Source: Akkermansiaceae bacterium (GTDB taxonomy: Bacteria; Verrucomicrobiota; Verrucomicrobiia; Verrucomicrobiales; Akkermansiaceae). From it: a stretch of DNA of 64,000 nucleotides. A program made the translations under genes and the position numbers. Of this stretch, positions 20,235-29,331 are shown piece after piece (position 1 is the first letter of the stretch; each line of letters opens with the position of its first letter). The DNA is taken from the NCBI GenBank assembly GCA_051251915.1, contig JBPOGF010000004.1:96001-160000 (forward strand), written 5' to 3'. Under the pieces are notes generated by a model. It did no database searches. It was not told the DNA's origin and was given only the letters and a program-made list of their open reading frames with translations.

Positions 20235-21932
20235 TTACTTGTTAGTGGGGTTGGTGGTTACTGTGAGTTGTGGGAATGGGATGGTCCAGTGGTTCTGGTT
20301 GCATGCGTCTAGGCAACCTTGTTGGAGTGCGCGACTGATGGGGAGGCGGCGGTCATCTGTGGATCCTGCTAGCTTGGCTACTACGATGTAGTCTAGGGAT
20401 GATGTGTTGGCTTCTTTGAAGGCTGCGAATACTACTTCTAGTTCTTCTTCTTGGCAGTGTTTTAAGACTTTAGTGCGGACGCATTTGGCGAATGTGTCTG
20501 CTACCATTTCGTAGTCGAGTGACTGGTGTGAGTAGTCTATGCCGAAGGTGGTGGCGAGGGCGTAGCCGTGTGAGAGGTTGGTGGGGTGAAGGGCGAGGTA
20601 GTCTGCGGTGGGGATGGTTTTGGTGTGGCCGCCTGGATCCTGGATGCAGACGCGTTCTGGGCTTTGGTAGGTGATCTGGCCGTAGGTTTGGTCTGAGAGG
20701 ACTGCCCAGTCTCCGGTTTTGGTGACGAACCATGGCTCGTTTTCGATGACGCTGCGCATGCGTAGTTCTCCTAGCTCATCTATGGTGATACGGACGGTGC
20801 TGTTTGTTAGCCAGGGGTTCTCGATGAGGGGGAAGTAGCCTAGTGACCTGACCTCGTAGGGGAGACCGTTCCAAGTGACGCGTTCTCCTTGGCGGACTTG
20901 ACCGAGATTGAGGAGTAGTTGGAGTTTGTTGTAGCCTTCGACGATGGCTTTTTTTGCTCCCCAGAGCATACCAATGATGAAGATGATGGCTAGGGTTATG
21001 AGGAGCCAGTCATCAAATGCGAGGAAGAGCATGACGACGATGGCGATAGTGGCGACGGCTCTAAATAATAGGAATAAGAGTTCTGTGACTCTGAATGAGA
21101 CGCTTGATCCAACTTTTCCGTATCGACCAATCCTGCGGAATAGTTTGCGGTGGACTAGGGCTAGTAGGAAGAAGGTGGTGAATGCGGCGAGGAGTGCGAG
21201 GAGGATAATGAGGCCGCGGCCTTTGATGAAATCTAGGACGCTATCTAGTAGCTGTTCGGTCCAGCTTTTTTGGACTGCTAGTCTTGATTGTAGACGGATT
21301 TTGTTGGTTGCAATTTTGGCATTTAAGGTGGCAATTTCGCCGGTGATTCGTTTGTCGAGATCATCTAGGACATCTAGGATTTCTTGGTCTTGGATGTTGT
21401 TTCTCTGCTGTTCAATGCGTTTTAGCGATAGTTTAAGAGTTGTTTTACGTCTTTCTTGGCTTGAGATGGAGCTGCGAAGGTCTGACAGGGCGCGGGCATC
21501 TTTGGATGCTTCTTTGAGTTCATCTACGAGGGGCTTTGCTAGGTTGTTGAATTCATCATTGAGGTTGAAGTCTTCTTCTATTTGCTCTGCAGTGGCTGCT
21601 TCTACTCCAGCAGATACTTCACGAATACGTTGCTTGACGTTTTCTAGGTCATTTTTGACGCGCTCTAGAGTGGCTTTAGCGTGTGTGATTGCTTCTTGGT
21701 CTGGTTGATTGGTGGTTTCTAGTGATGTGATTTTTAGTTCTATGTCTAGTTGCTGTTCACGTAGATCTTGGAAGGATTCTAGGATGGTGTTTATTCCGAG
21801 AGGTTTCTCTGTGTTTTCTGTTTTCTCCTGGGTCTCTGAAGTTGAGGGAGAGCCAAAACTCTGGAGTGAGGTTAGGTGTAATAGCAGCGAGAGGGTGATG
21901 ACCCAAAATGTGCCTTTAGGAGAAGAAATCAT
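20235..21932 (-). CDS. MscS family mechanosensitive channel with periplasmic coiled coil
   Basis: Signal peptide, long coiled coil, 3 TM helices, TFGIDY, SSLDY, IPFPQL. Confidence 0.85.
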   Translation of the reverse strand: MISSPKGTFWVITLSLLLHLTSLQSFGSPSTSETQEKTENTEKPLGINTILESFQDLREQQLDIELKITSLETTNQPDQEAITHAKATLERVKNDLENVKQRIREVSAGVEAATAEQIEEDFNLNDEFNNLAKPLVDELKEASKDARALSDLRSSISSQERRKTTLKLSLKRIEQQRNNIQDQEILDVLDDLDKRITGEIATLNAKIATNKIRLQSRLAVQKSWTEQLLDSVLDFIKGRGLIILLALLAAFTTFFLLALVHRKLFRRIGRYGKVGSSVSFRVTELLFLLFRAVATIAIVVMLFLAFDDWLLITLAIIFIIGMLWGAKKAIVEGYNKLQLLLNLGQVRQGERVTWNGLPYEVRSLGYFPLIENPWLTNSTVRITIDELGELRMRSVIENEPWFVTKTGDWAVLSDQTYGQITYQSPERVCIQDPGGHTKTIPTADYLALHPTNLSHGYALATTFGIDYSHQSLDYEMVADTFAKCVRTKVLKHCQEEELEVVFAAFKEANTSSLDYIVVAKLAGSTDDRRLPISRALQQGCLDACNQNHWTIPFPQLTVTTNPTNK

Positions 21933-22118
21933 ACGATAAGACAAACATATAGTGTGCCAGATCCACAGCTGACTTTAGTATTTGGAATTGAGGTGTTATG
22001 TTGGTTTTTTAATTGTGAAGGTAGATGGGGTGTATGATTTTGTGCAGTATTTGGATTTATTTTGAGACTAAGCCTGCTCTGGACAAGTTGGTGGTTTCGA
22101 TTTAGAGGTAGGGGACGA

Positions 22119-24029
22119 ATGAATGTGTTGAGAAAATATTGGGGAGTTTTGGCGGCGGTGCTGAGTGGGGTGATGCTGGCGATGTGTTTTCCTGGGTATG
22201 ATGTGGGTGGATTTGTGTGGGTGTGGGCGATGCCGTTGATGGTGGCGCTGTGGAGTGGTGTGGGGGAGAGGAAGTTGAAGCGGAGAGGATTTTTTGTGGG
22301 TTGGATGAGTGGGGTGGTGTTTTGGTTGATGACGGTGAATTGGTTGTTGGCGATGGGGGAGCTGGATACGGTGCCGGCGGTGGGGGCTTGGTTTGCTTGG
22401 ATTGGGTTGAGTGTTTATTTGGCTTTGTATTTTGGGGTATGGGGGATATTTCTGGCGACTGTGGGGAATCCTTGGAGGGGTAAAAATGTTGATGTTGTTG
22501 AGGGGAAGAAGTCGCGGATTGATGTGTTGGTGGAGGAGAAGTTGGCTGGGGATAAGAAGGGGAAGAGGTTTGATTTGATGGGTGGGTTTGGGACTTCGAT
22601 GCGGGTGATGAGGTTTGCGGTGATGCATGCGAGTTTGTGGGTGGTGTTGGAGTGGTTGCGGGGGTGGTTGTTTACGGGGTTTACTTGGAATGGTTTGGGG
22701 GTGGCGTTTCATGAGAATGCGACGATGGCTCAGGCGGCGGATTTGGTGGGTGTTGTGGGGTTGTCGTTTTTGCCGATGTTGGTTTGTAGTATGTTGGTGC
22801 AGCTTGGGAAGCGGCTGGTGGATGAGGCTCGGGATGGGGGTAAATTTAAGGCGCACTGGGAGATAGCATTTACTGTGGGGTTGGTGGCGATGAGCTTTGT
22901 TTATGGGGTGGTGAAGATGGGGGAGTGTAGGCAGAGTGAGAAGTTGGCTGTGAGGGTGCTGTTGTTACAGCCGAATATTTCTCAGAATGATAAGTGGGGG
23001 GATGAGATTCAACAGGTGAAGAATTATGAGTGGTTTGCGCGGGAGGTGATGGAGGCGTTTGGGACGATGCAGAATGATGCGATTGAGAGGTCAGCGGAGA
23101 CTGGGGAGGCGCAGGAGCCTGAGGTGCCGGATGTGGTGATCTTGCCGGAGAGTGCGTTAACTCATGGGTTGATTTATGAGGATACGATTAAGAATGCATT
23201 TTTGTTGCCGATGGCGGATCAGATTTTGCGGTATGATTTGTTAGATAGGGGTGAGCATTCGGTGATCTTTGGGTCTAACTTTTATGAGGGGGAGACGCAG
23301 GATTATGGGATGGGACCGCAGATAGGGATGAAGATGGGGGGGAGAGATTATAATGCGATAGCGATAGCTGGGCCTCGGGTGGAGGTGGAGAATGTGGATG
23401 ATGATGAGAAGAATTATGCGGTGAGTAAGTTGGATATTTATGGGAAGGTGCATTTGGTTCCGTTTGGGGAGTATTTTCCTGATATTCCTTTTAGGGATGG
23501 TATTTATGGGGCGTTGTATGGGTCGAATCCTGGGTCGAATTTTACGAAGGGGACGAGTTTTGATCCGTTGCCATTGCAGGTGGGGGATGTGGAGGTGGGG
23601 GTGATTCCGGCGGTTTGTTTTGAGGATAGTGTGGGGCGGGTGACTAGGAAATTTGTGAGGGATGCGCCGCAGATGATTGTGAATGTGACGAATGATGGTT
23701 GGTTTGGGGAGAGTAAGGCGGCGAGGCAGCATATGGCGAATGCGAGGTTTAGGGCGATAGAGCTGCGTAGGCCGATGGTGCGGTGTGCGAATACGGGGGT
23801 GAGTTGTATCATTGATACTGCTGGTGGTGTGGTGGATGATGTGACGAAGAGGAGGCAGGTGCTGGAGGATGCGAATGGGAGTATTTTTACTGATGGGAAT
23901 CTGTTTGGTCACGTACGGGTGCCGGTGAATCCGAGGTGGACGTTGTATGCGCTGGCGGGTGATTGGTTTGTGATTTTGTGTGCCTTTATGGGGGTGGGTA
24001 TGATAGTGATAGGTAGAGGTAAGAATTAG
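22119..24029 (+). CDS. lnt: Apolipoprotein N-acyltransferase
   Basis: LEWLRGWLFTGFTW, QPNI; catalytic E (LPESA), K (KVHLVPFGEY) and C (VCFED); VTNDGWF, RAIELRRPMVRCANTGVS. Confidence 0.95.
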   Translation: MNVLRKYWGVLAAVLSGVMLAMCFPGYDVGGFVWVWAMPLMVALWSGVGERKLKRRGFFVGWMSGVVFWLMTVNWLLAMGELDTVPAVGAWFAWIGLSVYLALYFGVWGIFLATVGNPWRGKNVDVVEGKKSRIDVLVEEKLAGDKKGKRFDLMGGFGTSMRVMRFAVMHASLWVVLEWLRGWLFTGFTWNGLGVAFHENATMAQAADLVGVVGLSFLPMLVCSMLVQLGKRLVDEARDGGKFKAHWEIAFTVGLVAMSFVYGVVKMGECRQSEKLAVRVLLLQPNISQNDKWGDEIQQVKNYEWFAREVMEAFGTMQNDAIERSAETGEAQEPEVPDVVILPESALTHGLIYEDTIKNAFLLPMADQILRYDLLDRGEHSVIFGSNFYEGETQDYGMGPQIGMKMGGRDYNAIAIAGPRVEVENVDDDEKNYAVSKLDIYGKVHLVPFGEYFPDIPFRDGIYGALYGSNPGSNFTKGTSFDPLPLQVGDVEVGVIPAVCFEDSVGRVTRKFVRDAPQMIVNVTNDGWFGESKAARQHMANARFRAIELRRPMVRCANTGVSCIIDTAGGVVDDVTKRRQVLEDANGSIFTDGNLFGHVRVPVNPRWTLYALAGDWFVILCAFMGVGMIVIGRGKN

Positions 24030-24061
24030 GAATTTAGAATTTAGAATTAGGAATTAGGAAT
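24023..24061. repeat. Heptamer tandem repeat GAATTWR x5.5
   Basis: GAATTAG GAATTTA GAATTTA GAATTAG GAATTAG GAAT. Confidence 0.85.
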
Positions 24062-24067
24062 ATTTAT

Positions 24068-24685
24068 ATGAAGGAGATTAAAGGGAAGAGATGGATGATT
24101 CCGTTTTACGGGTTGGCGCTGGTTTTGTTGTTGGTGTTGGGGAGTGTGTTGGTTGTGTCGCATCCGGTTGTTTGGGAGAAGGTGCATCGGTCAGCGATGG
24201 GGGATAAGCTTAAGGAGGTGCATTATGAGGATGCGAATAGGATCACTGGTGGGTTGTGGACGGAGGAGCCGTATCAGGAGATTTCTGATAGTTTGAAGTA
24301 TAGGAAGATGAACTCGAAGGAGGTGGCTCATTATGAGGATGTGCGTGAGCTGTTAGGGACTGCGCGGGTGGTGCTGGGGGTAAGTTTTGTGGTTATTTTG
24401 GTGGGGTGTGTGCTGGTGGGATGGAGGAGGGTTTGGGGTTCTGGGTTTGCTAGTTTTGTTTTGCTAGGGATGGTTGCGGGTGTGTGGATGATGATTCATT
24501 GGCATAGTTTGTTTAAGGCGTTGCACTGGGTGATTTTTATGGATGATTCTTGGAAGTTGCCGAATAAGAGTTATAGTTTGGGGTTGTTTCCGCATAAGGT
24601 TTGGCAGCTAGCGGGTGGGGTGATTGGCTTGTTGGTGCTGGTTCCGTTGTTGATTCCTATTTTTATTAGGAAGAGAGAGAAGTAA
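24068..24685 (+). CDS. DUF1461 / lipoprotein intramolecular transacylase (Lit)-like membrane protein
   Basis: EVAHYEDVRELL and LFKALHWVIFMDDSWKLP..S....LFP match the two His-containing motifs of DUF1461; 4 TM helices. Confidence 0.7.
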   Translation: MKEIKGKRWMIPFYGLALVLLLVLGSVLVVSHPVVWEKVHRSAMGDKLKEVHYEDANRITGGLWTEEPYQEISDSLKYRKMNSKEVAHYEDVRELLGTARVVLGVSFVVILVGCVLVGWRRVWGSGFASFVLLGMVAGVWMMIHWHSLFKALHWVIFMDDSWKLPNKSYSLGLFPHKVWQLAGGVIGLLVLVPLLIPIFIRKREK

Positions 24686-24702
24686 ATTTAAGAGAAAAAA
24701 TT

Positions 24703-25212
24703 ATGGCTATAGAAACTTACGAAGGGCATTCGCCTGAGATTCATGAGAGTGCGTTTATTGCGCGTAGTGCGGACCTTATTGGCAGGGTGACTGTGGAGGA
24801 TGAGGCGAGTGTTTGGTATAATGCGACGTTGCGCGGGGATATTAATGAGATTGTGATTGGGCCTAAGTCTAATGTGCAGGATAATGTGGTGATCCATTTG
24901 TCTGATGATTTTGGGACTTATTTGGGTGAGCTTGTGACGATAGGGCATAGTGCGATCATTCATGCTGCTACGGTGAAGGATGAGGTGCTGGTGGGGATGG
25001 GTGCTTGTATTCTGGATGGTGCGGTGATTGGCGAGCGGTCTATTATTGGGGCGCAGGCGTTGGTGACTGGTGGGATGGTGATTCCTCCGGGGTCGTTGGT
25101 GCTGGGGAGTCCGGCGAGGGTGGTGAAGACGTTGGATTTGCAGGCTCAGGGGGAGATTAAGAAGTGGGCTGAGAAGTATGTGCGGAATTCACGTAAGTTT
25201 ATGGCGCGGTAA
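24703..25212 (+). CDS. Gamma-carbonic anhydrase family (YrdA/PaaY-like)
   Basis: Hexapeptide repeats, LRGDIN, NVQDNVVIH, TIGHSAIIH. Confidence 0.93.
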   Translation: MAIETYEGHSPEIHESAFIARSADLIGRVTVEDEASVWYNATLRGDINEIVIGPKSNVQDNVVIHLSDDFGTYLGELVTIGHSAIIHAATVKDEVLVGMGACILDGAVIGERSIIGAQALVTGGMVIPPGSLVLGSPARVVKTLDLQAQGEIKKWAEKYVRNSRKFMAR

Positions 25213-25218
25213 TGTTTC

Positions 25219-26088
25219 TTAGGTGAGGAGGAGTTTGATGAAGCTGCGTTCTGCGGTGTCGAATAATTTATCGGCTTTGCTGATGATGTTGACTTCGCGT
25301 TCTAGGTGGCTGTCGCTGAACTTGGGGATGTGGATGTTGCGTTTGGCGTAGTTTTTGAGAGCCATTTGTGGGATTACTCCGTAGCCGAGGTCTGATTCTA
25401 CGAGGCCGACTAGGGTTTCTATGTTTTCGCAGCGGACGGTGCCTTTGCTGTGGATGTTGATGGCGCGGCATTGGCTGACGGTTTGGTCGCTGAGGCAGTG
25501 TCCGTCTTTGAGGAGGATGAGCTTTTCTTGTTTTAGTTCTTTGATGCTGGTGAGGGATGTGTAGGTGGGTTGGTTTGGTAGGATGACGTGTAGAGGCTCG
25601 CTGAATAGGCGTTCTAGTTGGATTCCGCTGGGGAGGGTGGGGAGGCTGCTGCAGATTCCGAAATCGATTTCGTCTGAGAGGATGCGGGCGATCATTTCTG
25701 AGGATTTGTCTTCGCTGATGTCGAAGTTGATGTCTTTTAGTTGTGATCTGATGTGGGAGATTTTTTGTGGGATGAGGTAGGGTGCGATGGTGGGGATGGC
25801 GCCGATGCGGAGGACTTGCTTGTGGAGTTCGTTTCTGTCGGTGAATATCTGGAGGGTTTCTTCCCAGTGTTGGAGGATTTTGTGGGCTTGTAGCCAGAAG
25901 GTTTCGCCGGCTGTTGTGAGGCGGCATCCTTTGCGTGAGCGGATGACTAGTTGCTCGCCTAGTTCGTCCTCGAGTTTCTTGATTTGGAGGCTGAGTGAGG
26001 GTTGGCTGATGGAGCAATGTTCTGCTGCCTTGGCGAAGCTGCCTTCTTTGTGGAGAGCTCTGAAATAGAATAGTTGGTTAATTTCCAT
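25219..26088 (-). CDS. oxyR: LysR family peroxide sensor OxyR
   Basis: LysR HTH; GAIPTIAPYL; LKDGHCLSDQTVSQC with the two OxyR-type cysteines; divergent from catalase. Confidence 0.9.
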   Translation of the reverse strand: MEINQLFYFRALHKEGSFAKAAEHCSISQPSLSLQIKKLEDELGEQLVIRSRKGCRLTTAGETFWLQAHKILQHWEETLQIFTDRNELHKQVLRIGAIPTIAPYLIPQKISHIRSQLKDINFDISEDKSSEMIARILSDEIDFGICSSLPTLPSGIQLERLFSEPLHVILPNQPTYTSLTSIKELKQEKLILLKDGHCLSDQTVSQCRAINIHSKGTVRCENIETLVGLVESDLGYGVIPQMALKNYAKRNIHIPKFSDSHLEREVNIISKADKLFDTAERSFIKLLLT

Positions 26089-26123
26089 AGTTTTAAACTA
26101 TGGATAATATAGATACAGAGTAT
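26087..26123. promoter_or_regulatory. OxyR operator
   Basis: ATAG-N7-CTAT-N7-ATAG-N7-GTAT, 15/16 match to the four-box OxyR consensus; overlaps the oxyR start codon. Confidence 0.85.
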
Positions 26124-26158
26124 TATCCTAATCAACTGTTTTTTGCTAAAACATAGTC

Positions 26159-27619
26159 ATGTCAAACAAAACACTAAGCACAGCACATGGGGTCCCGGTA
26201 GGGAATAATCAGAACTCACACACAGCAGGGCGTTATGGTCCGGTTTTATTACAAGATGTTCATTTGTTAGAGAAGTTAGCTCATTTTAACCGTGAGCGTA
26301 TTCCGGAGCGTGTGGTGCATGCGAAGGGTGCGGGGGCGTTTGGGTATTTAGAAATCACTGAGGATATCTCAGATCTTACGAAGGCGGTGCCATTTGCTAA
26401 GGTGGGTGAGCGGACTCCTTGTTTACTTCGTTTTTCGACAGTGGGTGGCGAGTCAGGTAGTGGTGATGCGGAGAGGGATCCTCGGGGTTTTGCGTTGAAG
26501 CTTTATACTGGTGAGGGGAATTGGGATATTGTGGGGAATAATACACCGGTGTTTTTCATTCGTGATCCGTTGAAGTTTCCTGATTTCATTCACACTCAGA
26601 AGCGTCATCCGGCTACGCATTGTAAGGATGCAAATATGGTGTGGGATTTCTGGAGTTTAACGCCGGAGTCGGTGCATCAGGTGACGATTTTGTTTTCTGA
26701 TAGGGGGACTCCGAAGTCTTATCGGAATATGAATGGTTATGGTAGTCATACGTTTGCGATGGTAAATAAGAGAGGTGAGAGAGTGTGGGTGAAGTTTCAT
26801 TTTAAGACTAAGGCTGGGATTGAGAATTTCACGGCTGAGGAGGCGACTGCGATGGTGGGGAATGATCCTGATCATGCTACGAGAGATCTCTATGATACGA
26901 TCAAATCTGGTGGGACTGCGGAGTGGGATGTGCAGATCCAGGTGATGACTGAGGATGAGGCGGCGACTTACCGTTATGATCCATTTGATGTGACTAAGGT
27001 GTGGCCGCACAGTGATTTTCCTTGTCGTAGTATTGGGAACTTGGTGTTGGATAGGAATCCGAAGAACTATTTTGCGGAGATTGAGCAGGCTGCGTTTGCT
27101 CCTAGTAATATGGTGCCAGGGATAGAGGCTAGTCCGGATAAGATGTTGCAGGGGAGGCTCTTTGCTTATCAGGATGCGCATCGTTATCGTTTAGGGGCGA
27201 ATTACACGCAGATTCCTGTGAATTGTCCTTATATGGCGAGGGAGACTGCGAACCATCAGCGTGATGGGGCGATGTATGATGGAGCTGCGGGTGATGCGCC
27301 GAATTATGAGCCGAATAGCTTTGATTCTATTGTTGAAGCGCCGGAGCATAATCCTACTCCGCTACCTGTGAGTGGGAGTGCGGGGTCTCAGGCTAGGGAT
27401 TATGAGCAGGATGATTTTGCGCAGGCTGGGGAGTTGTATAGACTCATGAGTTCTGAAGAGCAAGAGCGCCTTATTAGTAACTTGGCTGGGAGCATCAACG
27501 AGGTGGAGAGAGAAGACATCAAGATGCGGGCTATCTGTAATTTCTTCCGTGCTGATAGAGAGTATGGTAGCAGGTTAGCAGAGGCTGTGGGTATCGATAT
27601 CTCAGCTTATATGGGATAA
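26159..27619 (+). CDS. katA: Monofunctional small-subunit heme catalase
   Basis: FNRERIPERVVHAKG, RFSTV, RDPRGFA, VGNNTPVFF, RLFAYQDAHRYRLG. Confidence 0.96.
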   Translation: MSNKTLSTAHGVPVGNNQNSHTAGRYGPVLLQDVHLLEKLAHFNRERIPERVVHAKGAGAFGYLEITEDISDLTKAVPFAKVGERTPCLLRFSTVGGESGSGDAERDPRGFALKLYTGEGNWDIVGNNTPVFFIRDPLKFPDFIHTQKRHPATHCKDANMVWDFWSLTPESVHQVTILFSDRGTPKSYRNMNGYGSHTFAMVNKRGERVWVKFHFKTKAGIENFTAEEATAMVGNDPDHATRDLYDTIKSGGTAEWDVQIQVMTEDEAATYRYDPFDVTKVWPHSDFPCRSIGNLVLDRNPKNYFAEIEQAAFAPSNMVPGIEASPDKMLQGRLFAYQDAHRYRLGANYTQIPVNCPYMARETANHQRDGAMYDGAAGDAPNYEPNSFDSIVEAPEHNPTPLPVSGSAGSQARDYEQDDFAQAGELYRLMSSEEQERLISNLAGSINEVEREDIKMRAICNFFRADREYGSRLAEAVGIDISAYMG

Positions 27620-27647
27620 GTGTATTTAGTTAGTTAGAACGAATTAG

Positions 27648-27698
27648 AACGGCCACTGCTGATTATGACTTAGATGTCGTAGGCGTGGTGGCCGTTTA
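27648..27698 (+). terminator. Hairpin / probable terminator after catalase
   Basis: AACGGCCAC...GTGGCCGTT outer stem with inner TATGAC/GTCGTA; short T tail. Confidence 0.5.
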
Positions 27699-27720
27699 TC
27701 AACATCAACAAATCGAAATT

Positions 27721-27858
27721 ATGAATGAATTTATTAATGAGTATCAACGCGAGGGGTTCTTTATTCCGTTTATCGTAGCAATTTTCCAGGATAGTTTAGG
27801 CGATGCTTATGATTATGGGACAAAAAAAGAGACAGAGTCAGACCAGTCGATTGTTTAG
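27721..27858 (+). CDS. Possible 45-aa small protein
   Basis: MNEFINEYQREGFFIPFIVAIFQDSLGDAYDYGTKKETESDQSIV, below the ORF-track cutoff; no family recognised. Confidence 0.3.
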   Translation: MNEFINEYQREGFFIPFIVAIFQDSLGDAYDYGTKKETESDQSIV

Positions 27859-28087
27859 AATAATCAATGTAACTGAGCTGTGGCTGTCTCCAAAAAAAAC
27901 TGTGGTTTCTTTTTTTTGCTACCTAAATGAATTTGTGGTCGGTGAACCTTTTTTTGATTCACCGGTTAACTAAATTACAGCAATTAAGATGCCAAAATTT
28001 TGAGATTATTCCGAAATTTTTTAAACGGATGATTTTTTTCAGCTGTTTAAGGTTGGCAGAAAGCTCGAAGCGTGGGAGAAATAGGGC

Positions 28088-28834
28088 ATGGGAAAATTTG
28101 ATAACAAAGTAGCAGTTGTGACCGGAGCTGGTCGTGGGATTGGTAAGGCGATCGCGAGAGCATTCGCTGCAGAGGGAGCTAAGGTGGTGGTGATCAGCCG
28201 TAGTGAGGGGAGCTGTCAGGGAGCTGCTGATGAGATTAATGCGGAGTTCGCAGGTTCAGCGAAGGCGTATGCGATTGATGTGGCGGATCACGATGCTGTG
28301 GTAGCGCTTGGGAAAGAGATTATTGCTGAGTATGGTGGTATTAATATTTTGGTGAATAATGCTGGTGTGACTCGTGATGGGCTGCTGATGCGGATGAAGA
28401 GCGAGGACTGGGATACTGTTCTGGATACGAATTTGAAGGGTGCATTTAATATGGTTAAGGCGTTTCAGAGACCGTTGATGAAGGCGGAAGATCCTCGTAT
28501 TATTAATATGGCGTCAGTGATTGGTTTGATAGGAAATGCTGGTCAGGCGAATTATGCGGCGAGTAAGGCTGGGTTGATTGGCTTTACGAAGTCTATTGCG
28601 CGTGAGTTATCTGGGAGGAAGGTTTGCTGTAATGCTGTGGCGCCTGGATTTATTAGTACGGATATGACTGATGAGCTTTCTGATACGCTTAAGGAGGGGA
28701 TTATTAAAAACATACCTCTAGGTGATCTTGGTGCGACTGAGGATATTTCTAATCTTGTGGTATTTCTTGCGAGCAAGGAGTCACGTTATATCACTGGGCA
28801 GGTTATCGCTTGTGATGGTGGAATGACGATGTAA
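28088..28834 (+). CDS. fabG: 3-oxoacyl-ACP reductase
   Basis: TGAGRGIG, NNAGVTRD, GNAGQANYAASKAG, VAPGFI. Confidence 0.95.
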   Translation: MGKFDNKVAVVTGAGRGIGKAIARAFAAEGAKVVVISRSEGSCQGAADEINAEFAGSAKAYAIDVADHDAVVALGKEIIAEYGGINILVNNAGVTRDGLLMRMKSEDWDTVLDTNLKGAFNMVKAFQRPLMKAEDPRIINMASVIGLIGNAGQANYAASKAGLIGFTKSIARELSGRKVCCNAVAPGFISTDMTDELSDTLKEGIIKNIPLGDLGATEDISNLVVFLASKESRYITGQVIACDGGMTM

Positions 28835-28842
28835 GTTTTTAT

Positions 28843-29325
28843 ATGAATGCTGAAATGATAAGGGTGGAGCCAGTGGCTCTGCTGCCTACGCCTTCTGGGT
28901 GTGCTGTGTTTTTGGGTGATGGTGAGAAGGTGATTCTTATTTATATTGATCCTAGCATTGGAGCGTCTATTAATATGGCGTTGCAGCAGGAGAAGGCGCC
29001 GCGGCCGTTGACGCATGATTTGTTTCATGGGGTGCTGGGGGCATTTGGGGCTGAGGTGACGCGGGTTGTCATTGTGAAGGCGGATGGGGATGTGTTCTTT
29101 GCGAGGTTGTTTTTGCAGGTGGAGAATGAGCTGATGCAGAAGAAGATAGTAGAGCTTGATGCGCGGCCTAGTGATAGTATTGCGCTAGCGGTGCGGGACT
29201 CTGCTCCTATTTATGTTTTCGAGAGTGTTTGGAATGAGCTGAATGATGTTTCTGGGTTACTGGAGGATATGAAGAATGCTCAGTCTGGGGCTGATGATGA
29301 GGATGATAATGATGTTCCATTTTAA
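28843..29325 (+). CDS. Bifunctional nuclease family (DUF151)
   Basis: PRPLTHDL, FFARL, DARPSDSIALA. Confidence 0.92.
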   Translation: MNAEMIRVEPVALLPTPSGCAVFLGDGEKVILIYIDPSIGASINMALQQEKAPRPLTHDLFHGVLGAFGAEVTRVVIVKADGDVFFARLFLQVENELMQKKIVELDARPSDSIALAVRDSAPIYVFESVWNELNDVSGLLEDMKNAQSGADDEDDNDVPF

Positions 29326-29331
29326 GACGGT

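Noticed and set aside
21945..21962. CTGGCAC upstream of mscS as a sigma54 promoter
   Set aside because: The -12 TTGC element is missing
22068..23912. Long antisense ORFs (262 and 223 aa) inside lnt, and similar shadow ORFs at 20944-21708 and 25268-26017
   Set aside because: Low-complexity translations without motifs, explained by strand skew and overlap with well-supported genes
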